A DNA stretch of 57,057 nt from Candidatus Nomurabacteria bacterium (GTDB lineage Bacteria; Patescibacteriota; Minisyncoccia; Phycocordibacterales; UBA9973). The notes below the pieces were generated by a model, which was given only the letters and a program-made list of their open reading frames with translations, searched no databases and was not told the DNA's origin. The DNA is taken from assembly GCA_026396065.1 (NCBI GenBank), contig JAPLXO010000010.1, positions 1 through 57,057 on the forward strand, in the 5' to 3' direction. Shown here one piece after another: positions 1 to 8,476 of the stretch (the first letter of the stretch is position 1; the number at the start of each line of letters is the position of its first letter). The translations under genes were made by a program, and so were the position numbers.

Positions 1-1
1 G

Positions 2-343
2 GTCTATGATTTAAAATTAACTCTTGATGATGTCACTCTTCAAAATTGGAAAGAATTAGAAAAGCTCGCGCCTTTTGGTTTGGACAATCCGAAGCCAATG
101 TTTTTATTTGAAAATATTCCCGTCACTGCTATGAAAAAATTCGGCAAAGCTGAAGAACATTTAGAATTTATGTTTACTAATTCCCGCGGACAAAAAATAA
201 AAGCCATTTCTTTTTTCTCTACTCCTGAATCTTTTAGAAAAACTCCTGCTGTCGGTGAAAATATATCACTCCTTGCGACTTTCGACCTTTCTCGTTTCGC
301 CGGCCGTGTCGAACTTCGTCTTAGAGTAGAAGATATTATATAA
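2..343 (+). CDS. recJ: RecJ-like ssDNA exonuclease, C-terminal end (5' part off-window)
   Basis: Frame is open from the window edge to TAA 341-343. LEKLAPFGLDNPKPMF resembles the conserved RecJ C-terminal FG-x-GNP-x-P segment. Confidence 0.6.
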   Translation, partial: VYDLKLTLDDVTLQNWKELEKLAPFGLDNPKPMFLFENIPVTAMKKFGKAEEHLEFMFTNSRGQKIKAISFFSTPESFRKTPAVGENISLLATFDLSRFAGRVELRLRVEDII

Positions 344-366
344 AATAAAAGTTTGTTATAAAAATA

Positions 367-406
367 AATGTTAAATACTTCTGCTATTGCAGAGTTATTT
401 AACATT
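367..406. repeat. palindromic element X, copy 1
   Basis: Arms AATGTTAAATA (367-377) and TATTTAACATT (396-406) form a perfect 11-bp pair. The loop is homologous to that of copy 2 at 849-896. Confidence 0.7.
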
Positions 407-540
407 GTATGCCTTAGCGAGTTTGAAAGTTTTGACGGCATCTTTTAAATGTATCTTTTTTAGATATTCCATAAATTCTTTTGGGAGCGGGGATGGGCCG
501 ACCCAGACACTTCGCTGGATCATAGTGTAATTAAACTTTT

Positions 541-825
541 TTAAATGCCAGCGGAACCATTCACGTTCCGCTTTTTGTGTTTCAGTTCAAATTGTTTGAG
601 CGACTCTGCTTTCTTTTTCATATAATTTTTCCCAGCAGCAGTTAAGTGCCAACCTTTATCACTATTTTCAATTAACCCATTTTTATTCAAACGAGAAAGT
701 GTAGACCTTATTGTTCCATTTGAATATGATTTAAATTTTGGAAGACCAAATAAATTAAAATTACCACCGCTATATGATATAGAAGTATTTGAAAGTTTTT
801 GTAACAATTTCTCTACTAGATTCAT
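541..825 (-). CDS. small basic protein, possible winged-helix DNA binder (hypothetical)
   Basis: 94-aa ORF. GTIRSTLSRLNKNGLIENSDKGWHLTAAGKNY looks like a recognition helix plus wing. The gene is flanked by the two X palindromes. Confidence 0.45.
   Translation of the reverse strand: MNLVEKLLQKLSNTSISYSGGNFNLFGLPKFKSYSNGTIRSTLSRLNKNGLIENSDKGWHLTAAGKNYMKKKAESLKQFELKHKKRNVNGSAGI
550..576 (+). terminator. plus-strand hairpin plus T-run inside the 3' end of ORF 541-825
   Basis: AGCGGAAC (550-557) pairs with GTTCCGCT (565-572), followed by TTTTT. It could terminate recJ read-through. Confidence 0.4.
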
Positions 826-848
826 ATATAAATAATATCATGTTATTT

Positions 849-896
849 ACCAAATGTTAACAAACTCAGCTATCGCAGAAAGTGTTAACATTTGGT
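849..896. repeat. palindromic element X, copy 2
   Basis: Arms ACCAAATGTTAACA (849-862) and TGTTAACATTTGGT (883-896) form a perfect 14-bp pair. It lies in the divergent promoter region between ORF 541-825 and rnhA. Confidence 0.7.
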
Positions 897-927
897 TTAG
901 GGTATTTTGTTTAGTATAATTACTATA

Positions 928-1431
928 ATGAAAAATGAAAAAGTAATTATCTATACAGATGGAGCTGCGAGGGGGAATCCGGGTCCTGCGGGGTGGGGGG
1001 CTATCGTAATTCACCCCCTCCCAACCTCCCCCTTAGCGAAGGGGGAGGAGAAATTCAAAATTCATGAGCTTGGTGGAAGGTCAGATAATGCGACCAATAA
1101 TCAAATGGAGCTTTCTGCGCCGATTGGAGGGTTGAAGTATTTAAAGAAAATAAAATACGATGGACATGTGGAGATTTTTTCCGATTCTAAATATGTGATT
1201 CTAGGAATCACTGAGTGGATTTTCAATTGGCAGAAGAATAATTGGCGAAATGCTGCAAAGAAGCCAGTGGCGAATCAAGAACTTTGGGAAGAACTTTTTG
1301 AACTTACAAAACTTTTTAAAATCAAATGGACGTATGTGAAAGGTCATGCAGGTATCGAATACAACGAGCGTGCAGACGTGATAGCTACGAGTTTTGCTGA
1401 CGACGAACCTATTAAATTAATACAGCACTAA
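928..1431 (+). CDS. rnhA: ribonuclease HI
   Basis: IYTDGAARGNPGPAGWGAIV, TNNQMEL and NERADVIA motifs. The ATG at 928 is preferred over the TTG at 907 because TATAAT 915-920 lies 7 nt upstream. Confidence 0.85.
   Translation: MKNEKVIIYTDGAARGNPGPAGWGAIVIHPLPTSPLAKGEEKFKIHELGGRSDNATNNQMELSAPIGGLKYLKKIKYDGHVEIFSDSKYVILGITEWIFNWQKNNWRNAAKKPVANQELWEELFELTKLFKIKWTYVKGHAGIEYNERADVIATSFADDEPIKLIQH
1012..1050 (+). repeat. C-rich hairpin element, copy A (in frame inside rnhA)
   Basis: CACCCCCTCCCAACCTCCCCCTTAGCGAAGGGGGAGGAG. Arms 1025-1034 and 1039-1048 form a perfect 10-bp pair. It encodes HPLPTSPLAKGEE and matches the copy at 51790-51828 at 35 of 39 nt. Confidence 0.8.
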
Positions 1432-1432
1432 A

Positions 1433-1591
1433 ATGCGAAACAAATTTACTTCATATTTATTAATTATATTAGTAATTGTGACAGTAATAAGATTTTATAT
1501 TGTTTTTACTAAAAAAGATCCTGACATAAAGTTGGGATTTTTTTCTGGCACGAGTGTGATACATTTTAATCACGACGGATTTATTTACTGA
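1433..1591 (+). CDS. 52-aa ORF with one TM helix, probably a detached or frameshifted ComEC N-terminus
   Basis: MRNKFTSYLLIILVIVTVIRFYIVF... ends at TGA 1589-1591. The comEC frame is already open from 1560, so the two frames overlap by 32 nt. Confidence 0.35.
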   Translation: MRNKFTSYLLIILVIVTVIRFYIVFTKKDPDIKLGFFSGTSVIHFNHDGFIY

Positions 1592-1625
1592 CTATAAATA
1601 TGGATATGAAATTAAATTTTCTGGA

Positions 1626-2675
1626 ATGCTAGAAAAACCAGATAATTTTGAGACAGATCAAGGGAAAATTTTTGATTATATAAATTATTTAAAAAAAGAC
1701 GGGATTTATTTTTTAATGAAAAATCCAAAAATAGAAATACTTTCTCATGGTAATGGAAACTTTTTGAAAAGTATTTTATTTTCTGCTAAAGAAAAATTTT
1801 TAGAAAAAATGAATAGGGCGATACCACAGCCCGAGTCGCTGCTCATAGGCGGGCTAATACTCGGCGAGAAGTCTTCTTTTTCTCAAGCACTTCGTCAGAG
1901 CTTCGTGAATACGGGTACGATACATATCGTTGCGCTTTCTGGATACAACGTCACCATCGTCGCCGAATGGATTATGAAAATATTTGGAGCAATTTCTTTT
2001 ATGCCGAAAAATTTCGGTATTGGTATGGGAATATTTTCTATTATTCTTTTTGTGTTGATGACGGGTGGAAGTAGCACTGCTATTCGAGCGGGGATTATGG
2101 CTGTACTTGCACTATATGCTCGCGCGACCGGCAGAAATTATGATGCCGGTCGCGCACTTGTCTTTGCTGGAGTAATTATGATTTTAATAAATCCGCTACT
2201 TCTAGTGTACGACGTTTCGTTTCAGCTTTCATTCCTCGCTACTATTGCTGTGATCTTTTTATCTCCGAAACTCGAGCAATATTTTTACTTTATTAAATGG
2301 CCATGGTTTCGCGATATTGTGTGTGTTACTTTTTCTGCTTATGTTTTTGTCACACCGTTTATCCTTTATCAAATGGGGAATCTTTCAGTCGTCGCACTTC
2401 CTGCAAATATTTTAATCTTGCCTTTTATTCCACTGACGATGATCCTCGGCTTCATCACTGGTTTTCTTGGTCTAATTTTCTTCCCGTTTGCAATTCCTTT
2501 CGGCTACCTATCATATTTCTTTCTTCACTACGAACTCGCCACCATCAGCTTCTTCTCGCGTCTACCTTTTGCTTCTTTTGTAATACCAAATTTCCCACTG
2601 ATTTTAGTAATTTTAATTTATCTATTTTTCTTTTATAAGCTCTTTTGGAAAAGTATTAAGCGAGCGCTTTTTTAA
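1626..2675 (+). CDS. comEC: ComEC/Rec2 competence channel domain
   Basis: GGLILGEKSSF...FVNTGTIHIVALSGYNVTIV followed by multiple TM helices. It lacks the usual C-terminal MBL domain. Confidence 0.8.
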   Translation: MLEKPDNFETDQGKIFDYINYLKKDGIYFLMKNPKIEILSHGNGNFLKSILFSAKEKFLEKMNRAIPQPESLLIGGLILGEKSSFSQALRQSFVNTGTIHIVALSGYNVTIVAEWIMKIFGAISFMPKNFGIGMGIFSIILFVLMTGGSSTAIRAGIMAVLALYARATGRNYDAGRALVFAGVIMILINPLLLVYDVSFQLSFLATIAVIFLSPKLEQYFYFIKWPWFRDIVCVTFSAYVFVTPFILYQMGNLSVVALPANILILPFIPLTMILGFITGFLGLIFFPFAIPFGYLSYFFLHYELATISFFSRLPFASFVIPNFPLILVILIYLFFFYKLFWKSIKRALF

Positions 2676-3252
2676 AATTATTTTCAATGACTTCCCAGTT
2701 TAGGTTTTCAAAAAAAGCATTTACATAATCTTTCTTTTGGCTTGTAGGATAATCATAAACAAAAGCATGTTCCCACATATCGATAGCGAGGATCATATCG
2801 CAACCATTGAGCTGACCGAGGTGTTGCTCGTCTACCGATGAAGAGAGAAGGTGATTATTCTTTTTATCATACCAAAGTACTGCCCAGCCGATACCACGAG
2901 TGAGAGCTAGAGTTTTTAAATTTGTTAAAAAACTTTCAAGTGTTCCAAAATTTTCTGTTAATGATTTTGCCAAGTCGCTACCTTCATTTAAATTTTTTGC
3001 TCCACCTGAAAGAGAATTGAAATACACTTCGTGATTTCTCATACCATTGTATTCGAAAGAAAAACGGCGAGACATTTCACCCAAAACATACATATTTTTT
3101 TCTGTATCAAGACTTAATTCAGCAATTTTTTCTATTACACCATTCACATTTTTTACATACCCTGCATAAAGCTTCAAATGCTCTTCAATATTTTTTGCAG
3201 AGATTCCTTTTAATTCTCCAATGTTAAATTTTTGTTCTTCAAATTTTGTCAT
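2656..3252 (-). CDS. Fe/Mn-family superoxide dismutase
   Basis: The NHEVYF and DMWEHAFVYDY ligand motifs are present, as is the N-terminal EEH. Its 3' end overlaps comEC by 20 nt. Confidence 0.8.
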   Translation of the reverse strand: MTKFEEQKFNIGELKGISAKNIEEHLKLYAGYVKNVNGVIEKIAELSLDTEKNMYVLGEMSRRFSFEYNGMRNHEVYFNSLSGGAKNLNEGSDLAKSLTENFGTLESFLTNLKTLALTRGIGWAVLWYDKKNNHLLSSSVDEQHLGQLNGCDMILAIDMWEHAFVYDYPTSQKKDYVNAFFENLNWEVIENNFKKALA

Positions 3253-3298
3253 ATATTTTAAATTCTTTTTCTCATTACTATTATGGTAAAATTATAGC

Positions 3299-4162
3299 AT
3301 GTTTCGGAAGTATTTTTTAATTATTTTCGTTGCCTTTCTACTGGTATTTAATATTTTTCTCTTTTATACGGACTATCAAAATAGCCATAGAATGCTGACT
3401 TTTGCGGCCTTGGATATAGGCCAAGGGGACGGGCTATTTATCGAGTCGCCCTCTGGTGTGCAAATGCTCGTGGACGGTGGGCCGATACATTCGATACTCG
3501 CTCCACTTTCAAAAGTGATGCCACTCTATGACAAACACATTGATGCAATTATGATTACCAATCCCGATGCGGATCATATCGGTGGTTTTATCGATATTTT
3601 GAAAAATTATGATGTGGATTATATTATCGAGCCGGGGACTTTTAACCCTTCGAAAACTTATGCGACAGTGGAGCAGTTAGTATTAGAAAAACATGTGAAG
3701 AAAATAATCGCTCGAAGAGGAATGAAATTAAATCTCGGCGCTGGTGCATATATAAATATTTTATTTCCTGATCGTGATGTGTCGACTTGGTCACCGAATG
3801 ATGGCTCTATCGTGGCGCGACTTTCATATGGAAATAATTCTGTGATGCTGACAGGGGATGCGACGCAGAAAACGGAAGGAATTATTTTAGGGGAAAATCA
3901 TGGGGAAAGTGCCCGACTTTTAAAATCTACAATTTTAAAAGTCGGGCATCACGGCTCGCGCACTTCTAGTTCTTCTGCATTCGTCCAAGCCGTCGCTCCC
4001 ACCTACGCAGTCATCTCCGACGGTCGCGACAACAAATACGGCCACCCACATCAGGAAACTTTGAACACTTTAAACTCTTTCAATATTAAAATCCTCCGCA
4101 CTGATTTACTTGGAACCATAATTTTTAAAGGGGATGGGAAGCTATTCACGCAAAGTAAATAA
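3299..4162 (+). CDS. membrane-anchored MBL-fold hydrolase, equivalent to the ComEC C-terminal domain as a separate gene
   Basis: N-terminal TM helix, LDIGQGDG, NPDADHIGG and KVGHHGS motifs as in the ComEC Lactamase_B domain. Confidence 0.7.
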   Translation: MFRKYFLIIFVAFLLVFNIFLFYTDYQNSHRMLTFAALDIGQGDGLFIESPSGVQMLVDGGPIHSILAPLSKVMPLYDKHIDAIMITNPDADHIGGFIDILKNYDVDYIIEPGTFNPSKTYATVEQLVLEKHVKKIIARRGMKLNLGAGAYINILFPDRDVSTWSPNDGSIVARLSYGNNSVMLTGDATQKTEGIILGENHGESARLLKSTILKVGHHGSRTSSSSAFVQAVAPTYAVISDGRDNKYGHPHQETLNTLNSFNIKILRTDLLGTIIFKGDGKLFTQSK

Positions 4163-4192
4163 AAAATCCTTAACATTTCTGCTAAGGATTTT

Positions 4193-4438
4193 TTATTTAA
4201 AGACTCCGGCTTTTTTGAGTGTAGCGTAAGCTCCGTTTTTGGCGAGAGTACGCATGCCTTGAGTTGAGATTTCTAGATTGAATGTTTTTCCGAGTTCAGG
4301 AACAAAAACCTTCTTCTTTTGAAGATTTGGGTATTTTCGCTTCTTGCCTGTAGGATTGAACTTTGTCGCACGAGTGCGGTTACTGTAGCCCCCAGCCATT
4401 AGTGATCCTTTTTTAGTTATTGGACAGATTTTTGCCAT
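4193..4438 (-). CDS. rpmB: 50S ribosomal protein L28
   Basis: MAKICPITKK...SNRTRATKFNPTGKKRKYPNLQKK resembles L28. Confidence 0.85.
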   Translation of the reverse strand: MAKICPITKKGSLMAGGYSNRTRATKFNPTGKKRKYPNLQKKKVFVPELGKTFNLEISTQGMRTLAKNGAYATLKKAGVFK

Positions 4439-4498
4439 ATATTTGTATCAGTTATATTTCTATAAAAGTATTTTTATGTTATCATAACAATGTATTAA

Positions 4499-5140
4499 AT
4501 GCAACTTATGGACACAACAAATACAATTTTTTATATAGTAGTTTTGATTTTCTCTGTGATTATTCACGAAATCTCGCACGGCTTTATGGCAGAGAAATTC
4601 GGGGATCATACAGCTCGTTTTGCAGGAAGGTTGACTCTCAACCCACTCGTGCACCTCGATTTATTCGGCTCCATTATTTTGCCAGTTCTTTTGGTAATCT
4701 CACATGCCGGTTTTCTTTTTGGCTGGGCGAAACCAGTTCCTTACAATCCAAACAATTTAACAAATCGAAAATGGGGGACTATCGCAGTAGCTTCTGCAGG
4801 AATCTTGGCGAATTTGGGTGTAGCAATTATTTTTTCAATTTTTATTCGTCTTGGTGTGTTTTTTAATTATTCTAATCCATCCTTCTATTTTATTTGTGGA
4901 CTGATTGCTTTTCTGAATTTACTTTTAGCTTTTTTCAATCTTATGCCATTTCCACCTCTAGATGGTTCAAAAATACTTTTTGCTTTTTTACCAGCTCGTT
5001 TTGCTCATCTAGAAGCTACACTTGAACGATATTCAATAATAATTTTTCTGCTATTTATCTTTTTTATTTGGGAGCATATTTTTCCAGCGATCTTTTATCT
5101 CTATCATTTTCTTGTTGGTATGAATCCTTTGTTTTTCTAA
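4499..5140 (+). CDS. M50 (site-2 protease) family membrane metalloprotease
   Basis: HEISHG (HExxH) and NLMPFPPLDGSK motifs, with multiple TM helices. Confidence 0.8.
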   Translation: MQLMDTTNTIFYIVVLIFSVIIHEISHGFMAEKFGDHTARFAGRLTLNPLVHLDLFGSIILPVLLVISHAGFLFGWAKPVPYNPNNLTNRKWGTIAVASAGILANLGVAIIFSIFIRLGVFFNYSNPSFYFICGLIAFLNLLLAFFNLMPFPPLDGSKILFAFLPARFAHLEATLERYSIIIFLLFIFFIWEHIFPAIFYLYHFLVGMNPLFF

Positions 5141-5224
5141 TATTCACTTAGTATTTTGTTAATCTCTTGCATTTTATATTTAAATATAGTATCTTACATC
5201 TAGTAGCCGATGTGGCTATTTTTT

Positions 5225-5650
5225 ATGCCAACAGTAAATCAATTAATTAAAAAGAGCCGAAAAACAACCCGCAAGAAATCAAAGGCGGTTGCTTTAGCAC
5301 GTGGATTCAATATATTAAAGAATCGTCCTGTTTTCTACCCAGCTCCTTTCAAAAGAGGTGTTTGTACAAAAGTTTCCACAACTACTCCAAAGAAACCAAA
5401 CTCAGCTCTTCGTAAGATTGCTCGTGTTCGTCTTACAAACGGAATGGAGGTAACAGCTTATATCCCAGGAGAAGGACATAACTTACAAGAGCACTCAGTC
5501 GTCATGCTTCGTGGAGGCCGTGTGAAAGACTTGATCGGAGTTCGTTACCATATCGTTCGCGGTGTACTCGATACTCAAGGAGTAGAAAAGAGAAGACAAA
5601 GTCGTTCATTATATGGAAACAAGAAACCTAAAAAAGAAGTAAAGAAATAA
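5225..5650 (+). CDS. rpsL: 30S ribosomal protein S12
   Basis: [10 protein letters not shown]...[10 protein letters not shown]. The true ATG is at 5225, within track ORF 5210. Confidence 0.97.
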   Translation: MPTVNQLIKKSRKTTRKKSKAVALARGFNILKNRPVFYPAPFKRGVCTKVSTTTPKKPNSALRKIARVRLTNGMEVTAYIPGEGHNLQEHSVVMLRGGRVKDLIGVRYHIVRGVLDTQGVEKRRQSRSLYGNKKPKKEVKK

Positions 5651-5661
5651 TTTAAATATAT

Positions 5662-6132
5662 ATGCGAAGAAAAGTAACAAATAGAAATATAGTAGAACCA
5701 GATTTTGTATACAACTCTACAAAGCTTGAGAAATTCATCAACTACATAATGTGGGATGGAAAGAAAGAGACAGCACGTAAGGTGATGTATGCAGCTTTAG
5801 ATATTGTGAAAGAAAAAAGTGGTAACCCAAATCCATTAGAAGTTTTTGATCTTGCTATGAAAAATGCTGGACCTCTTACAGAAGTTCGCTCAAAGCGTAT
5901 CGGAGGTGCAAACTACCAAGTTCCTCGTGAAGTAGCTCCTGCTCGTCGCCTAGCTCTAGCTATGAGATGGATTCGTGATGCTGCTCGTAATAAGAAAGGT
6001 CAACCAATGGCTACAAAACTCGCTGATGAAATAATGGCAGCTTCAAAAAATGAAGGTTCAGCTATCAAGAAAAGAGAAGATACACATAAGATGGCAGAAT
6101 CAAACAAAGCCTTTGCTCACTTTGCCTGGTAA
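5662..6132 (+). CDS. rpsG: 30S ribosomal protein S7
   Basis: GKKETARKVMY...RIGGANYQVP is the S7 signature. Confidence 0.97.
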   Translation: MRRKVTNRNIVEPDFVYNSTKLEKFINYIMWDGKKETARKVMYAALDIVKEKSGNPNPLEVFDLAMKNAGPLTEVRSKRIGGANYQVPREVAPARRLALAMRWIRDAARNKKGQPMATKLADEIMAASKNEGSAIKKREDTHKMAESNKAFAHFAW

Positions 6133-6147
6133 TATTAAAGTTAAAAA

Positions 6148-6178
6148 GTGCCCCGCCTTCGGCGGGGCACTTTTGTTT
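6148..6178 (+). terminator. rho-independent terminator after rpsG
   Basis: GTGCCCCGC pairs with GCGGGGCAC around a TTCG-type loop, followed by TTTTGTTTT. Confidence 0.85.
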
Positions 6179-6320
6179 TATCTTGACAAAATCTTATTTA
6201 CTGGTAGCATCAATAGAAATAGTCTCTTTGAAAAATATTATATTATTTGGTTTAAATTACCTTGTGTATCAGCTTGGTATGTAAAGTAATTTAAATCTAG
6301 TAATAATTAAAAAAAAGAAC

Positions 6321-6929
6321 ATGACAACATTAGATCCAATTACAGGTCTGCAAGACAGTGCCATCTCAGAAATCTTAGATTTACTTGAGAAAAAAAACGA
6401 TGATAAAATCATTTCTTTAAGAGAAATAGAAATCTTAAGGAGTAAATGGTTGAAAAAACATTCAGAAGAACAAATAGGCAAACAATTTAATATTGGTAGT
6501 CCTATCAAACTCACTTCTGTGGTTGAAGTAGCGGAAGTAAGATTCTGGGATTTTATTTCTGAAATTCCTACTTTTCTAAAAAAAATATCTTCCTTGGAAA
6601 AAGAGATGAATTTTTTGACCGCAACTATTGAGGTTCAGGACTTTCAATTGGGAAAACGAGATCCTTCGTTTAAGTCAATTGAAGTTCCAACCACTGAGAC
6701 ATTTGCCTTACTTGATACACCTGTTGAAAAACTAGGTTTATCGGTTGGAGCAAAAAACCGGCTAAGAAGTGGTTTTATTTACACTCTTGGTGATCTTATT
6801 GAAAAGTCTGAAAAAGACTTACAAAAGATTCGACAACTCGGGCCTGAGTATTTGGCCCAAATAATAAAAGTGATAGAAGATTGTGGTATCCCTTGGGTAA
6901 AGAGATACTATAATCTGGAAAAAGAGTAA
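6321..6929 (+). CDS. stand-alone protein with an RpoA alpha-CTD-like helix-hairpin-helix C-terminus
   Basis: LLDTPVEKLGLSVGAKNRLRSGFIYTLGDLIEKSEKDLQKIRQLGPEYLAQI parallels the alpha-CTD pattern. The N-terminal ISLREIEILRSKWL..EEQIGKQFNI is HTH-like. Confidence 0.55.
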   Translation: MTTLDPITGLQDSAISEILDLLEKKNDDKIISLREIEILRSKWLKKHSEEQIGKQFNIGSPIKLTSVVEVAEVRFWDFISEIPTFLKKISSLEKEMNFLTATIEVQDFQLGKRDPSFKSIEVPTTETFALLDTPVEKLGLSVGAKNRLRSGFIYTLGDLIEKSEKDLQKIRQLGPEYLAQIIKVIEDCGIPWVKRYYNLEKE

Positions 6930-6981
6930 TTTCAAATTCCGTATATAAAAAAGTCCTGTACACAATATGGGGCTTTTTTAA

Positions 6982-7010
6982 TTGACTTTTTGGACTTTTT
7001 AGTTTAAAGT
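6982..7010 (+). promoter_or_regulatory. sigma70-type promoter
   Basis: TTGACT (6982-6987), 17 nt spacer, TAAAGT (7005-7010). It lies directly after a terminator T-run. Confidence 0.5.
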
Positions 7011-7077
7011 AGAAATCTTGTACATTTGTACATCGACAATAATAAATAAACAGTTAAACAAAAAAACAAATCAAGCA

Positions 7078-7749
7078 ATGACAGATCAAACGATTTCAGT
7101 AGCCGTAACCCTTTTAGGGTTAACGTTTATTTACCGCCAAGTGGTAATTAAACAAAGAAAACAACAAATTAAAGAAGCATTAAAACTTTTAGAAGTTGAA
7201 TTTGCTTTTCGCAAAAAAACACTTCTTGAATTTTTAAATCAAAACCAGCATTTATTGCCGGATGAGTTAAAAAAATTTCAAAAAAGAGTTAAAGAATTGA
7301 AGCTCAGCAACTTTTCTTTGGAAAAAGACAGTATTTTACGGTACTTAATTGAACCGCTAGGTATTTTTGATTCTCAAAGTAAAAATGCGAAGTTTGTGAA
7401 AAAAAACCTGAAGAATGTTTTTGCTGAGATGCAGGAAATTCAACAGGAAATGAAAAACACTGTGGAAAAAGCACAGGACGAAAATGAAAAGACAAAAAAA
7501 GTTTGGTTCCCCGAACTTGTTAGTTCTTTTGGTCATGCCGGAAAACAGGAAGTAGATTTTGAGAAAACCTTCTATGATTTATTTGATTCTTTGTTGAAAA
7601 CTTTAGTTTCTTTTTTGGAGACACGTAAAAAGTTGAAAAAATTTTCAGACGAAGAGTATGATTTACTTGATTACTACCGACCACTTGTAACAGAAGTAGA
7701 CGGTTCGGACTATTGGAATAGTCATTTATTAAAGTATGACTGCTTATAG
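7078..7749 (+). CDS. orphan protein with an N-terminal TM helix and a coiled-coil-like Lys/Glu-rich body
   Basis: The ATG at 7078 is in frame within track ORF 7018. I recognise no family. Confidence 0.55.
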   Translation: MTDQTISVAVTLLGLTFIYRQVVIKQRKQQIKEALKLLEVEFAFRKKTLLEFLNQNQHLLPDELKKFQKRVKELKLSNFSLEKDSILRYLIEPLGIFDSQSKNAKFVKKNLKNVFAEMQEIQQEMKNTVEKAQDENEKTKKVWFPELVSSFGHAGKQEVDFEKTFYDLFDSLLKTLVSFLETRKKLKKFSDEEYDLLDYYRPLVTEVDGSDYWNSHLLKYDCL

Positions 7750-7869
7750 AGAGTTTTTTTAATTGTTCATCATCGCATCGATTTGGTTTTTATCGGTTTT
7801 CAGTTCCATGGTACCGATTTAATTACAGATCATTAATCCTTCGTCAGAAATGGCGGGGGATTTTTTTAT

Positions 7870-7897
7870 TTGACAAAGATCTTACATATTGTAATCT
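7870..7897 (+). promoter_or_regulatory. sigma70-type promoter
   Basis: TTGACA (7870-7875), 16 nt spacer, TAATCT (7892-7897). Confidence 0.5.
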
Positions 7898-7927
7898 TAA
7901 AGCAAAAGGGCTTTTTGAAAATAGGTA

Positions 7928-7984
7928 TTGGTTAGTACTATTTTAGATGTCAGTTTTATTGATTTCTAGAATAGTATTAACCAA
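7928..7984 (+). promoter_or_regulatory. long 5'-UTR hairpin
   Basis: TTGGTTAGTACTATT (7928-7942) pairs with AATAGTATTAACCAA (7970-7984): 15 bp with one G-U. It ends 11 nt before the ATG at 7996. Confidence 0.65.
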
Positions 7985-7995
7985 AAACCAAAACA

Positions 7996-8343
7996 ATGAA
8001 AAAAATAAATATTCATAAATTATTTCAAATTTGGCTTTTGATGAATCAAGAAATTGAAGCCAAAAATACTTTACTGTTTAGAACAGTTAAAAGTAAAGTA
8101 TTAGAACCAGCACAAAGAAAGTTTACCTTTATTAAAATAGAAGGTATGCCACATTGGAACTTAATTGATTCAGAAGGTAATACTTGGTATTACCAATATG
8201 ACCCTAAAAACCCAGACATAAAGTTTGATTTAAACTACAAGGGTGAATTTGAAATACCCGAAGACTCTAATGAAAAAGAAGATTCCATTTCTAAAATGAA
8301 TCTTTTCTTTCAAAGTTGTCTAACAATTTTTCGTGTTATGTAA
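7996..8343 (+). CDS. orphan 115-aa protein
   Basis: ORF bracketed by its own promoter, leader hairpin and terminator. Confidence 0.5.
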   Translation: MKKINIHKLFQIWLLMNQEIEAKNTLLFRTVKSKVLEPAQRKFTFIKIEGMPHWNLIDSEGNTWYYQYDPKNPDIKFDLNYKGEFEIPEDSNEKEDSISKMNLFFQSCLTIFRVM

Positions 8344-8345
8344 AA

Positions 8346-8375
8346 AACTCCGCCTTTATTGTGCGGAGCTTTTTC
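8346..8375 (+). terminator. rho-independent terminator
   Basis: CTCCGC (8348-8353) pairs with GCGGAG (8363-8368), followed by CTTTTT. Confidence 0.7.
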
Positions 8376-8476
8376 ATTTGCAAAATTGAGGGAAATGTTT
8401 TATATTATAGCTATTAGGGCTTTATTCTTTTAGGGCCTTTTATTTTATAAATTTATACTAAAAAGAAAAATTAATT

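Noticed and set aside
40-441. 133-aa minus-strand ORF at the left edge.
   Set aside because: It is antisense to the recJ 3' end and runs through palindrome X1. The recJ frame has a recognisable conserved motif and this ORF does not.
367-896. Integron attC sites flanking a gene cassette (the X elements).
   Set aside because: The arms (AATGTTAA/TTAACATT) do not fit the RYYYAAC/GTTRRRY core-site consensus, and no integrase is nearby.
1586-1592. Programmed +1 frameshift at UAC UGA C, by analogy with the prfB CUU UGA C site.
   Set aside because: The P-site codon UAC cannot re-pair in the +1 frame (ACU) and there is no upstream SD-like stimulator. An indel or a genuine split is more likely.
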